NCBI GenBank assembly: GCA_963663035.1
Contig: OY760074.1
Span: 480,001-544,000, forward strand
Reading direction: 5' to 3'
Origin: Acidobacteriota bacterium
GTDB taxonomy: Bacteria > Acidobacteriota > UBA6911 > RPQK01 > JADFOI01
DNA: 64,000 nucleotides
Shown here: in pieces, positions 51,278 to 61,563 of the stretch
How the letters are laid out: every line of letters starts with the position of its first letter
Numbering within the stretch: position 1 is the first letter of the stretch
Program-made: the position numbers and the translations under genes
The notes under the pieces: generated by a model
Database searches by the model: none
What the model saw: only the letters and a program-made list of their open reading frames with translations
What the model was told of the DNA's origin: nothing

Positions 51278-51301
51278 GAATTTATGAATAGTTCGGGCTA
51301 G
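51278..51301 (-). mobile_element. solo IS1380-type terminal repeat remnant
   Basis: gaatttatgaatagttcgggctag versus IS end gaatttatgaataatccgggctag (4068-4091). Confidence 0.75.
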
Positions 51302-51370
51302 GCTTGTGTGCTAGCATACTGATGTTCCCTCAATTCTTGAGGCGGTTTAAGCCAATACCTGGGAGAGGCT

Positions 51371-52369
51371 GTGCAACCTTCGGGAAGTCGCACTATTGCT
51401 ATTGCCAGTGGCAAGGGTGGAGTCGGCAAGACTGTAACAACTGCAAATCTCGCGCTGAGCTTAGCTCAACAGTTTCGCGAGAAGTCAGGCTCAGTGGTGG
51501 CTGTAGACCTCGATTTAGGCTGCGGCAATCTCAATGCCTGCCTGGGTGTTCGCTCCACAAATGGGACCATCAACAGCTTCATTTTGAACAAAGTCTCCGA
51601 CCTCGAGGAAATCCTGACTCCCACTGATCAGGAGAATCTAAAAATGATCTGTTCCTCGTACAGCGGAGCGCCGGAGATGCTGCTGGACGATGGTTTGAAA
51701 CAAGACCTGCTGGATGGGATCGGGGCCTTAGGTGCAGATTATGTTCTAGTGGACCTGGGAGCAGGGACTTCTAAGGTCGTTTTGGATCTATTTTTGGGTG
51801 CTACAGAAAAGATCATTGTCATCACTCCCGAAGCCCTTTCACTGCACAATGCCTTTGTTTTCCTGAAAGCAGCAATGCTTCACTTTTTATGGGGTGAGCT
51901 TGAAAGAGAAGAATTCCTTTCTCCAGTGAGTTCAAACTTACGGTGGATGATCGAAGATGAAAAGGATCTCAACATCGGAAAGCTGATCGAGCGACTCAAG
52001 TCATGGGATCGCTACGCAGCATACGTTTTGGGTGGCTTAATCAACGATCTCAAGATTAAGTTCGTGGTGAACATGTACCGAGGCGGAGTTCAGAAGTCCC
52101 ACCTCCAAAATTTCCATCGTCTCCTGTTCAAATATCTGTGCGTGAGAAACAACCTCAGTTATCTGGGCTTTATCCACTATGACCGCGGCATCCCGGCCTC
52201 GATCCAGACAATCAAGCCATTTCTCCTTCGCCATCCCGAGAGGCGGGCAGCCCGTGATTTCATGCAGATTGCGATGCGGCTCGCCGATCAAGAAGAGCCG
52301 AACCACATTCCTCTTTTACACTTTCCCCAACAATCCTGGTGGCAAATACCCCCCTTCTTTCAGGGATAG
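51371..52369 (+). CDS. MinD/FlhG(FleN)-like P-loop ATPase
   Basis: SGKGGVGKT deviant Walker A, DLDLGCGNL, DLGAG. Confidence 0.85.
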   Translation: MQPSGSRTIAIASGKGGVGKTVTTANLALSLAQQFREKSGSVVAVDLDLGCGNLNACLGVRSTNGTINSFILNKVSDLEEILTPTDQENLKMICSSYSGAPEMLLDDGLKQDLLDGIGALGADYVLVDLGAGTSKVVLDLFLGATEKIIVITPEALSLHNAFVFLKAAMLHFLWGELEREEFLSPVSSNLRWMIEDEKDLNIGKLIERLKSWDRYAAYVLGGLINDLKIKFVVNMYRGGVQKSHLQNFHRLLFKYLCVRNNLSYLGFIHYDRGIPASIQTIKPFLLRHPERRAARDFMQIAMRLADQEEPNHIPLLHFPQQSWWQIPPFFQG

Positions 52370-52424
52370 GGAGAATTCGGGGACAGGCCCCACATTTCCC
52401 AACTCTCGCCCGAATTCCGCCCAA

Positions 52425-52455
52425 CTTGACAGAGAGAGACTCAGATCCTATATAA
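52425..52455 (+). promoter_or_regulatory. dnaK promoter TTGACA-N17-TATATA with overlapping HAIR-like site
   Basis: CTTGACA-N7-ACTCAGA versus HAIR consensus CTTGAGT-N7-ACTCAAG; hspR-like gene in the operon. Confidence 0.6.
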
Positions 52456-52463
52456 AGCTAGAG

Positions 52464-52510
52464 CCGTGATTTTTCATAGGTTCTCGTCTCTGCAGTAGAG
52501 AATGTATGCA
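52464..52510 (-). mobile_element. degenerate, internally deleted family B MITE in the dnaK leader
   Basis: cataggttct joined to ctgcagtagagaatgtatgca, matching both ends of 6979-7167. Confidence 0.6.
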
Positions 52511-52565
52511 GGGGGCGAGACCCTAATTACACTGATTTTTGGTGAGAGCAAGAGAGGAGTTTTGA

Positions 52566-54500
52566 ATGGGTAAAATCATTGGAATTGATTTGGGTACCAC
52601 CATCTCGGTAGTCGCTATGATGGAAGGGGGGGAGCCCTCGGTGATCACCAATCCTGAAGGGAGTCGCCTAACCCCCTCGGTGGTTGCCATAACCAAGAGT
52701 GGCGAACGGCTGGTTGGTCAGGTAGCCAAGCGCCAGGCCGTTACCAATCCGGAGAACACAGTCTACTCGATCAAGCGCTTCATGGGTCGCAAGTACGATG
52801 AGGTCTCTGAAGAGATCGGGATGGTGCCGTATAAAGTTTTCAAGACCTCCAATGGAGATGCCTGGGTAGAATTGGGTGGTAAGGAGTTCTCTCCACCTGA
52901 AATTGCTGCCATGATTTTGCAAAAATTGAAGGCATCCGCCGAAGCATATATGGGCGAAAAGGTGACCCAGGCGGTCATCACCGTTCCAGCATACTTTAAT
53001 GATGACCAGCGACAGGCAACCAAAGATGCCGGCCGAGGTGCCGGTCTGGAGGTTCTCCGTCTAGTGAATGAGCCCACGGCGGCTGCCTTGGCCTACGGAC
53101 TGGATACGAAAAAGGATGAGACGATTGCGGTTTTCGACTTTGGCGGAGGCACGTTCGATATCTCGATCCTGGAGGTCGGTGAAGGTGTAGTTGAGGTGAA
53201 GTCTACCAACGGTGATACCCACCTTGGTGGCGACAACCTCGATCAGCGGATCATAGTGTGGATTATCGAAGAGTTTAAAAAGGACCAGGGGATCGATCTC
53301 TCTCAGGACAAGATGGCGTTGCAGCGGCTGAAGGAAGCGGCTGAAAAGGCCAAGATGGAGTTGTCAACGACTCAGGAAACCGACATCAACCTGCCCTTTG
53401 TTACGGCCGATTCCAGCGGACCAAAACATTTAAACATGAAACTAACCCGCTCCAAGTTTGAGCAGTTGGTCGAGGATGTCCTTCAGCGGACACTCGACCC
53501 TTGTAAGCAAGCGCTGGATGATGCTGGCTTGAAGCCCAAAGAGATCGATGAAGTGGTGCTGGTTGGCGGTTCGACTCGGATCCCACGCGTGCAGAAAGTC
53601 GTCAAGGACTTTTTCGAAAGAGAGCCCCATAAGGGCGTCAACCCGGATGAAGTTGTCGCGGTGGGTGCTGCAATACAGGCCGGTATTTTGGGTGGGGATG
53701 TCAAGGACTTACTGCTGCTGGATGTGACACCGCTCTCTTTGGGGATTGAGACCCTGGGGGGAGTCGATACGGTTCTGATCGCGCGCAACACAACTATCCC
53801 CTCGCGTAAGACCGAGGTCTTTTCAACAGCCGCTGATGGCCAGACCTCTGTGGAGATTCATGTCTTGCAGGGAGAGCGTCCCATGGCTGCTGCCAACAAG
53901 TCGCTCGGTAAGTTCCACCTGGTCGGAATTCCCGCTGCTCAAAGGGGAATTCCCCAGATCGAGGTCAGTTTTGACATCGATGCCAATGGGATTTTAAACG
54001 TCAGTGCCAAGGATCGCGGCACCGGTAAGGAGCAAACGATCACCATTACCAGTTCCAGTGGTCTGTCCGACGAAGAGATAGAAACAATGGTGACAGAAGG
54101 GGAATCTCATGCCGAGGAAGATCTCCGTAAAAAGGAGGAAGTCGAAGCGCGCAATCAAGCAGACAACCTCATTTACAATACCGAGAAGATCCTCAAGGAA
54201 AGTCGAGACAAGATCAGCGACAGCGATGCAAAAGCCATTGAAGACTCGATAGCAGAAACCAAAAAGGCCATCGAAGAAGGTGGCGTGGAGGACATTAACA
54301 AGGCAGTGGAGAACCTGACTCAAGCTTCCCACCGGTTGGCCGAGGTCATGTACCAGTCTGCTCAGCAAGGGGGGGATGAGCAAGCGCAAGGTGGTGGCCA
54401 GCCGACTTCTTCTGAAAATGCCGTTGATGATCAACAAGGTAATCAACAAGAAGATGAGGTCATCGATGCCGAATATGTAGACGTGGATGAGAAGAAATGA
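52566..54500 (+). CDS. dnaK: chaperone DnaK (Hsp70)
   Basis: [37 protein letters not shown]. Confidence 0.97.
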   Translation: MGKIIGIDLGTTISVVAMMEGGEPSVITNPEGSRLTPSVVAITKSGERLVGQVAKRQAVTNPENTVYSIKRFMGRKYDEVSEEIGMVPYKVFKTSNGDAWVELGGKEFSPPEIAAMILQKLKASAEAYMGEKVTQAVITVPAYFNDDQRQATKDAGRGAGLEVLRLVNEPTAAALAYGLDTKKDETIAVFDFGGGTFDISILEVGEGVVEVKSTNGDTHLGGDNLDQRIIVWIIEEFKKDQGIDLSQDKMALQRLKEAAEKAKMELSTTQETDINLPFVTADSSGPKHLNMKLTRSKFEQLVEDVLQRTLDPCKQALDDAGLKPKEIDEVVLVGGSTRIPRVQKVVKDFFEREPHKGVNPDEVVAVGAAIQAGILGGDVKDLLLLDVTPLSLGIETLGGVDTVLIARNTTIPSRKTEVFSTAADGQTSVEIHVLQGERPMAAANKSLGKFHLVGIPAAQRGIPQIEVSFDIDANGILNVSAKDRGTGKEQTITITSSSGLSDEEIETMVTEGESHAEEDLRKKEEVEARNQADNLIYNTEKILKESRDKISDSDAKAIEDSIAETKKAIEEGGVEDINKAVENLTQASHRLAEVMYQSAQQGGDEQAQGGGQPTSSENAVDDQQGNQQEDEVIDAEYVDVDEKK

Positions 54501-54509
54501 AGGTGTTGA

Positions 54510-55511
54510 GTGCCAGAGAATTTCTATAAAGTCCTGGATGCCAAGAGGAACTCATCGCAGTCGGAGATTAAGAAAGCTTATCGACGCTTGGCACGAAAGC
54601 ATCATCCTGACGTCAATCCGGGAGACAAGTCAGCTGAGGAGCGGTTCAAGCAAATTCAGGAAGCCTATAAAGTCCTGAGTGATCCGGATAAACGGAAGAT
54701 CTATGATCAGTACGGTGATTATCGCCCAGGACAGGAGGCAGCTGGTGGGGAAGCTTTCGGGGACTTCTGGTCCTCCGGTGTTGATTATAGAAATGTCGGC
54801 GGGGGACGATGGCAGGGCGCGGTCGGTGATGTTTTTACGGAGTTTTTTGGGGGAGGAAGATCCGGGACTAGCGCACATTACCCCAGAAGAGGGAGGGATC
54901 TGGAATATACCATAGAGATTCCTTTTTTAGATGCAGTTCGTGGAACTCAAACTCGCATCAATGCGAGCCGCCGGGATGTGTGTCCCAGGTGTAAGGGTTC
55001 GGGTGGCGGTTGTTCCCAGTGCAGTGGCAGCGGTCTCATTCAAAAAGTTGAGAGCTTGAGAGTGAAAATTCCTGCCGGGATGAAGACCGGTTCCCGCGTA
55101 CGACTACCGGGTAAGGGAGATGCAGCTGAGTTTGGTGGTCCTGCGGGAGATCTTTTTCTGGTGGTGCGGGTCCAACCGCACCCACTCTTTTCACGACAGG
55201 GAAATAACATCGTGTGCAGAGTGCCGGTCACCTTCGAGGAGGCGGCTTTGGGAGCAGAAATAGAGGTGCCCACAGTCGCAGGAAAGGCGCGCTTGAAGAT
55301 TCCTCCCGGAACTCAGAGTGGGCAAAAACTTCGACTTCGGGGTCGAGGAACTCTTTCAGCAGGAGGAAAGGGTCGCGGAGATCAGTTGGTTGAAGTGAAG
55401 GTGGTTCTGCCAGAAATTTCGGATGAAAGATCGAAAGAACTTCTGCGTGAGCTTTCTCGCTTGAACCCGCAGAATCCCAGAGAGAAGATCGGTCTTGCCG
55501 ACTCTGGTTAG
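54510..55511 (+). CDS. DnaJ/CbpA-family co-chaperone with a reduced zinc finger
   Basis: HPD J-domain, G/F region, only two CxxCxGxG motifs, DnaJ C-terminal domain. Confidence 0.92.
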   Translation: MPENFYKVLDAKRNSSQSEIKKAYRRLARKHHPDVNPGDKSAEERFKQIQEAYKVLSDPDKRKIYDQYGDYRPGQEAAGGEAFGDFWSSGVDYRNVGGGRWQGAVGDVFTEFFGGGRSGTSAHYPRRGRDLEYTIEIPFLDAVRGTQTRINASRRDVCPRCKGSGGGCSQCSGSGLIQKVESLRVKIPAGMKTGSRVRLPGKGDAAEFGGPAGDLFLVVRVQPHPLFSRQGNNIVCRVPVTFEEAALGAEIEVPTVAGKARLKIPPGTQSGQKLRLRGRGTLSAGGKGRGDQLVEVKVVLPEISDERSKELLRELSRLNPQNPREKIGLADSG

Positions 55512-55546
55512 AAGGCGGCTCCACTTTCCCGGAGGTACAAGGCACT

Positions 55547-55843
55547 ATGAAAAGAGCAGTGGGCTTCACCATCAGTAGCGTCGCCGACATCTACAAGATT
55601 CACCCCCAGACGCTTCGGACCTACGAGCGTGAGGGACTCCTGAAGCCTGCACGGACCAAGGGAAATACCCGGCTTTATCGGGAAGGAGATCTGCAGCAGT
55701 TGGAGCTGATCCTGACTCTGACACGTGAATTGGGTGTCAATTTGGCGGGTGTGGAGGTTGTCCTCCATATGCGGGAAAAAATGGAGAGAATGCATATCGA
55801 GGTGGAGAAGCTCATCGATCTGGATCCCGACCTCTTTGCTTGA
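55547..55843 (+). CDS. hspR: MerR-family HspR-like heat-shock repressor
   Basis: HPQTLRTYEREGL..P.RT.GNTRLY; LGVNLAGVE; follows dnaK-dnaJ. Confidence 0.85.
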   Translation: MKRAVGFTISSVADIYKIHPQTLRTYEREGLLKPARTKGNTRLYREGDLQQLELILTLTRELGVNLAGVEVVLHMREKMERMHIEVEKLIDLDPDLFA

Positions 55844-56255
55844 TTTCCTTTTCTGCCAGTTTTAGTTTGTCTCGAATTCTCTTGTAGATACGCCTGACTT
55901 TAGATTGATGTCGTTTCTCAGGGAGATTTTCCTCCAGCAAGAGGTTCTTAATCAGCTTCAAGGCTTTTTCGAGCACAGGAAGCACGCGGGTCGTGACGGT
56001 GGGGTCATAGGGGGCCCTGATGGACGGCATGCCGAGTTCAGCGAAAATACGCAAATAATGTGCGGTGCTCATATCTGGACAGGTGATTCTTTTTTGAGCT
56101 GCCTTCAGTTCAAAGCCGAGAAAGGTGTGGAGAATGCGAGGTTCGCACTTACGACCCAGCAGGGGTACGATTCGGGTGGGTCCCGGCAAGATCTCCCTCT
56201 TATAGGTCCTGACTAGCTTTTCGATCTCCTCCTGAATAACCGTAGGTCTTTTCAT
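55812..56255 (-). CDS. hypothetical basic protein
   Basis: 143+ codon ORF with SD-like agagg; no recognised family. Confidence 0.6.
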   Translation of the reverse strand: MKRPTVIQEEIEKLVRTYKREILPGPTRIVPLLGRKCEPRILHTFLGFELKAAQKRITCPDMSTAHYLRIFAELGMPSIRAPYDPTVTTRVLPVLEKALKLIKNLLLEENLPEKRHQSKVRRIYKRIRDKLKLAEKEIKQRGRDPDR

Positions 56256-56364
56256 CGTGGCCTCTTCTTATTATGGCCATCTTTCATTTTGAATGTCGCA
56301 TGGCGCGCCTCCTTTTTCGCCGGAAGTTGTGGGGGAGAGTTAATATGGTACGATTAGCGTTTTT

Positions 56365-57030
56365 TTGGCAAGGCTTGTGATGTTATTGGCAACAGCAGAA
56401 GGATTGTGGAGTACCCTGCGAGCCGCTATGAGCCAGGTCTATTTCCTGGTGGCGAGTTTGGGCGGTCCAGGTCTCTTCTTTATTGCTCTTGCAGATTCCT
56501 CTTTTCTTTCCTTACCGGAAGGGAATGACATTTTGATTGTGGTGCTTTCCACAGGCCAGACCTGGGGGACAATGACCTACTACGTGGTGATGACGATTCT
56601 GGGATCTGTCTGCGGATGTGCTGCGCTCTATGCGGTTGGACGTCGAGGTGGAGCCTTCCTCCGCAAGCGTTTGAAGCCGGAAAGGTTGAAAGAAGTAGAG
56701 CGTCTTTATGGACAATGGGGAATCTGGGCGATTGTGATTCCCAGCGTGTTGCCGCCTCCCACCCCTTTCAAGATCTTTGTACTATCGGCAGGGTTGTTCA
56801 GAATCTCCTGGGTGAAGTTTCTTCTGTCAGTTGCTGTAGGTCGCAGCATACGATACTTCATGTGGGGAACTCTGGCCGTGTTGTACGGGGAGTTGGCTAA
56901 GCGTTTTCTGGAAGAGAACTTGCCTGTGGTGGGTACTGTGCTGTTCTTACTGTTTGTTACAGCCCTGGTGAGTTATGCCATAATGTGGTTGCGGGCAAAG
57001 AGGAAATCTCCCCAGCACGAGATAGCATGA
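56365..57030 (+). CDS. DedA/YqaA (VTT domain) membrane protein
   Basis: DSSFLSLP, PPPTPFKIFVLSAG, GRSIRY. Confidence 0.85.
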   Translation: MARLVMLLATAEGLWSTLRAAMSQVYFLVASLGGPGLFFIALADSSFLSLPEGNDILIVVLSTGQTWGTMTYYVVMTILGSVCGCAALYAVGRRGGAFLRKRLKPERLKEVERLYGQWGIWAIVIPSVLPPPTPFKIFVLSAGLFRISWVKFLLSVAVGRSIRYFMWGTLAVLYGELAKRFLEENLPVVGTVLFLLFVTALVSYAIMWLRAKRKSPQHEIA

Positions 57031-57953
57031 GAAGACTCGCCACAATGATCTCCATACTCCTCCTGGTGGGCTGTGGTGGTGCAGTCAAGAGGAGAACCAC
57101 AATCGAGACTCCTGCAGCGTATGCATCGGCCAGGGTGGCCAGTCTGGAGGAGTTGGTGGGGTTGATCAATGAGCGTTATGCTGCAGCCGAAACTCTCTCC
57201 GTTTCCAGTCTGAAAGTGGAGTTTTTCAGTGGTTCCATGGAGACAGGATATTTAGAGGAATATCGCACCGCAAAGGCCTATCTGGTTGCCCAGTGGCCAG
57301 AATCTCTCTATCTGAACATTCTCAATCCCCTGACCAGTTCGACGGTAGTCGTGATGGCTGCGGATGGGGATACTTTTCAAATCTGGATACCTGGAGAAAA
57401 CAGATACCTGACGGGAAGAGTGGATGCTGAGATAGAGGAAAAGAGCCCTATCTTGAACGTTCGGCCACAGCATCTCTTGAAGGGAATATTGGTGGAGCGG
57501 ATTCCTGTCAACAGTTTTCGCCATCGTTATTTTCTGGAAGAGACAGAGGACCTCCAATTCAAGTACTATGTTGTGGGAGTCATCCAGGTTGAAGGGAATT
57601 CCCAGACCGTTCAACTGGAGAGAAAACTCTGGATTGAGCGAAGTACCATGCATCTGGTTCGCCAGCACTACTACGAGTCTGGCGAACTGGTGAGCGCTAT
57701 CACGTACGATCAGCCGAGTGAGATCGACGGAGTGCTGGTGAGTTCCAATATTGAGATCGAAAGAGCACGCGAAAGCTATCGTATTGCTTTTGAACTCGTT
57801 AGAGAAGGGATCAAGGTCAACCAGTCGATTCGAGAGGGGGCTTTTGAAGTACCCGTTCCTCCCGGTGCAGAGGTGGTAGTCGTGAAAGGGAAGACAACTG
57901 ACAGGGAGGATCCTGTAGGGAGCAGACAGGGTCCTGTCCGTGAAATAAGGTAA
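57027..57953 (+). CDS. lipoprotein, DUF4292/LolB-LolA-fold-like
   Basis: Lipobox LVGC after MRRLAT...; beta-rich body; fold call by resemblance. Confidence 0.6.
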   Translation: MRRLATMISILLLVGCGGAVKRRTTIETPAAYASARVASLEELVGLINERYAAAETLSVSSLKVEFFSGSMETGYLEEYRTAKAYLVAQWPESLYLNILNPLTSSTVVVMAADGDTFQIWIPGENRYLTGRVDAEIEEKSPILNVRPQHLLKGILVERIPVNSFRHRYFLEETEDLQFKYYVVGVIQVEGNSQTVQLERKLWIERSTMHLVRQHYYESGELVSAITYDQPSEIDGVLVSSNIEIERARESYRIAFELVREGIKVNQSIREGAFEVPVPPGAEVVVVKGKTTDREDPVGSRQGPVREIR

Positions 57954-57976
57954 GATCTATCTCAGCTGGATGAAGT

Positions 57977-59068
57977 ATGTTTAAACTGGTTTTCTCTAAT
58001 CTTCGACAGCGGCCCACGCGAACTTGTGTGAGCGTGATAGCCGTGGCCTTGGGAGTAGCGTTGCTGCTCGTCACTTTGGGTCTGTCTTACGGGCAGCTGG
58101 TGGACATTACCAAGCGGACCCAGGGGATTGGAGGGGACTTTATCCTTCAGCCGTCGGATGCTTCGCTGATCTTTGCCCTTAACAGCGGCACCATTCCGGT
58201 TCGAGTCAACAAGGTGATTGAAGAAGTAGACGGTGTTGAAGCTGCCACTCCGATCCTGGCAAAGTTTTTGGGCGATCAATTCCATATCGTTTTTGGAATT
58301 GATCCTGAAAGTTTCGGACGGGTGAATAACAGCTTGAGCTTTGTTGAAGGAGGAAGATTCTCAGGTCCTCGTGAACTGATCATTGACACGATCTATGCCG
58401 ACTCCAGGAAATTGAAAACCGATGACCCTTTGCACATCCTGGGTCATCAGTTCACCATTGCAGGAGTTTTTCGTCAGGGTATAGGCGCGCGGGTGCTTCT
58501 TCCGCTTACCACTTTACAGGAACTCAATGGGACTCCCGACAAGGCGACCATGTTCTTTATTCGGGCCAAAGAAGAGATCCCGCTTGAGACAGTGTATGAC
58601 TCGTTGAAGGAAAAGTTCGAAAATTATAAGCTCATCAAGGCGGCTGAATTGCAAGGCTTGGTCATGGAGAATACTCCCGTCATCAAGGAGTTCCTGAGCG
58701 CAATGGTGTTCATCTCTGTAATCATCAGCTTTCTGATTATTCTTCTGGCCATGTACAGCACCATTACAGAGAGGACTCGAGAGATTGGAATTCTCAAATC
58801 AATGGGAGCGTCCAGAAGCTATATTATCAGGCTGATCCTGAATGAATCTCTGGTGATCTGCCTTGCTGGGGTAGGGCTCGGCTTCGTTCTGACTTTTTTC
58901 GTGCTTCAACTCGTTGTGTCAGCTTTTCCCACAGTTCCAGTGACGATCACACTGTTTTGGCGGATTACAGCTCCCATAATGGCAGTGACAGGTGGTATCT
59001 TAGGGGCCCTCTATCCCGCTATCAAAGCGGCTCGAATGGATCCTGTGAAAGCGCTGGGGTACGGGTGA
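57977..59068 (+). CDS. MacB/FtsX/LolE-type ABC permease
   Basis: ERTREIGILKSMGA, YPAIKAARMDP. Confidence 0.9.
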   Translation: MFKLVFSNLRQRPTRTCVSVIAVALGVALLLVTLGLSYGQLVDITKRTQGIGGDFILQPSDASLIFALNSGTIPVRVNKVIEEVDGVEAATPILAKFLGDQFHIVFGIDPESFGRVNNSLSFVEGGRFSGPRELIIDTIYADSRKLKTDDPLHILGHQFTIAGVFRQGIGARVLLPLTTLQELNGTPDKATMFFIRAKEEIPLETVYDSLKEKFENYKLIKAAELQGLVMENTPVIKEFLSAMVFISVIISFLIILLAMYSTITERTREIGILKSMGASRSYIIRLILNESLVICLAGVGLGFVLTFFVLQLVVSAFPTVPVTITLFWRITAPIMAVTGGILGALYPAIKAARMDPVKALGYG

Positions 59069-59069
59069 C

Positions 59070-59801
59070 ATGATCGGAGTGAAGCGAAAGAAAGATCTTA
59101 TAGTCGTTGAAGACCTTCAGATGGTCTACCGTCTGGGTAGAATCGAAGTCCCAGCATTGCGCGGCGTGGATTTCACTGTGAAAGAAGGGGAGTTTGTGGC
59201 CGTGGTGGGCCCCAGTGGGTGTGGGAAATCAACCTTGCTTCATCTCATGGGCGGACTGATGCAACCCACCGCGGGCCGAATTTTGGTCGAAGGCATCTGC
59301 ATCAGCTCGGTGAGTGATGTGGAGAGAACCAGAATTCGGCGTTACAAGATGGGCTTTGTGTTTCAGAGCTACAACCTCCTGAGCACCTTGACGGCAAGAG
59401 CGAACATTGGGTTGGCCCAACGAATCCATGGGAACGGTTCTTACGAGGAGGGAAGAGCTCGTCAGATGCTGCGGCTGCTGGGATTGGAAGACAAGATGGA
59501 CCACAAGCCTAGTGAACTGTCAGGTGGCGAGCAGCAGCGAGTAGCCATTGCGCGGGCGGTCGTGAATAGCCCCCCCCTTCTCTTGGCTGACGAGCCTACC
59601 GGGAGTCTCGACTCGGAGAATTCCAGAATTGTTCTGGACATGCTTCAGGAGTTGAATCAATCCAGAGGGCAGACGATCGTTATCATCACCCATGATCCTG
59701 AAGCCGCCGCAACGGCAAACCGCGTTCTCGAGATGCGGGACGGGAGGATTGTGAACCCAGTGCAGAATCTCTTTTACGCCGTGGAAGAACAGAGTTCCTG
59801 A
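59070..59801 (+). CDS. LolD/MacB-type ABC ATP-binding protein
   Basis: [29 protein letters not shown]. Confidence 0.93.
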   Translation: MIGVKRKKDLIVVEDLQMVYRLGRIEVPALRGVDFTVKEGEFVAVVGPSGCGKSTLLHLMGGLMQPTAGRILVEGICISSVSDVERTRIRRYKMGFVFQSYNLLSTLTARANIGLAQRIHGNGSYEEGRARQMLRLLGLEDKMDHKPSELSGGEQQRVAIARAVVNSPPLLLADEPTGSLDSENSRIVLDMLQELNQSRGQTIVIITHDPEAAATANRVLEMRDGRIVNPVQNLFYAVEEQSS

Positions 59802-59810
59802 GGCACCTAT

Positions 59811-60029
59811 ATGCCGGTATTTTTTAGAGTCATATTCTGGACCTACCAACGTGGTGGCTGGCAGTTCGACGTTATCTCCGGCTTCATTCTAGCCTTCATC
59901 TTTCTCACTCCAAGGACAGTCTTTGATGGTTCTGCATTTATCCAAGAACAGAGCCCGCCAAAGGTTGAACAAGAGGAACAACAAGTGACTGAACCAGCAG
60001 CACTTCAGACGCTTTTGCAAAGCTCCTAA
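59811..60029 (+). CDS. small single-TM hypothetical protein
   Basis: FWTYQRGGWQFD followed by TM and TPR..F; operon-like spacing. Confidence 0.6.
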   Translation: MPVFFRVIFWTYQRGGWQFDVISGFILAFIFLTPRTVFDGSAFIQEQSPPKVEQEEQQVTEPAALQTLLQSS

Positions 60030-60060
60030 CAACCTGGACTCATAATTTCACTCTTATATA

Positions 60061-60792
60061 TTGATGGCTAGGGAAGAAAAGAGGAGTTTCTCGGTGAAGT
60101 CCTGCCAAAGGGTCTCTCTTGTTTGGTTGCTGCTGTTGGCCGGTGTTGGGTCTCCTCTTCAGGCATGGGAGGCAGAGTCCCTCACGCTGGAGCAGGTTTT
60201 GACCAAGATCGATCAGAGAGGGGCTGTTCTCCGATCGATGACTTCATCGATTACACAGAAAAGATGGACCGATATTTTAGAAGAGTTCGACCAGGGTGAA
60301 AGCGGCCAGTTCCTCTTCTTGAAAGAAGACGACGGAATTTACCTGCGCAAGGACATCGTCAAGCCGCAGCCAAATACGCTGATCATCGGTGACGGAATAC
60401 TCTCTTATTATCAGCCTAAGATCAAACAGTTGCAGAGGTATGATTTGGGTCAGAGACGTGACAGAGCGGAGTTTCTCCTTCTCGGATTCGGTTCCAACAA
60501 GAAAGCCCTCGAGGAAGCTTACGAGATCAGGCTTGGAACCATGGAAATTGTTGAAGGTCGTGAAGCCTATCCATTGGAGCTGACCCCAAAATCACAGACA
60601 GTGTCTGCCTACTTTACTCAGATCGTGCTGTGGATTGACACAACCTTGTGGGTTCCCATCCAGCAAAAGCTGGTGGAACCCACCCATGACTACTTGCTCA
60701 TTCGTTTCGAAGATATTGATCTGAACCCCAAGATTCCCAAGTCGCAATTTGACTTGAAGGTGCCCAAGGGTGTCACGGTAGTGGGGGGATAG
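60061..60792 (+). CDS. LolA-like outer-membrane lipoprotein carrier
   Basis: Signal peptide; YYQP, LELTPK, LWID and C-terminal F..P.GV pattern of the LolA fold. Confidence 0.8.
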   Translation: MMAREEKRSFSVKSCQRVSLVWLLLLAGVGSPLQAWEAESLTLEQVLTKIDQRGAVLRSMTSSITQKRWTDILEEFDQGESGQFLFLKEDDGIYLRKDIVKPQPNTLIIGDGILSYYQPKIKQLQRYDLGQRRDRAEFLLLGFGSNKKALEEAYEIRLGTMEIVEGREAYPLELTPKSQTVSAYFTQIVLWIDTTLWVPIQQKLVEPTHDYLLIRFEDIDLNPKIPKSQFDLKVPKGVTVVGG

Positions 60793-60810
60793 ATTTCTTA
60801 CGAAACTACC

Positions 60811-61551
<741 letters not shown>

Positions 61552-61563
61552 GCTTTGAGTTTT

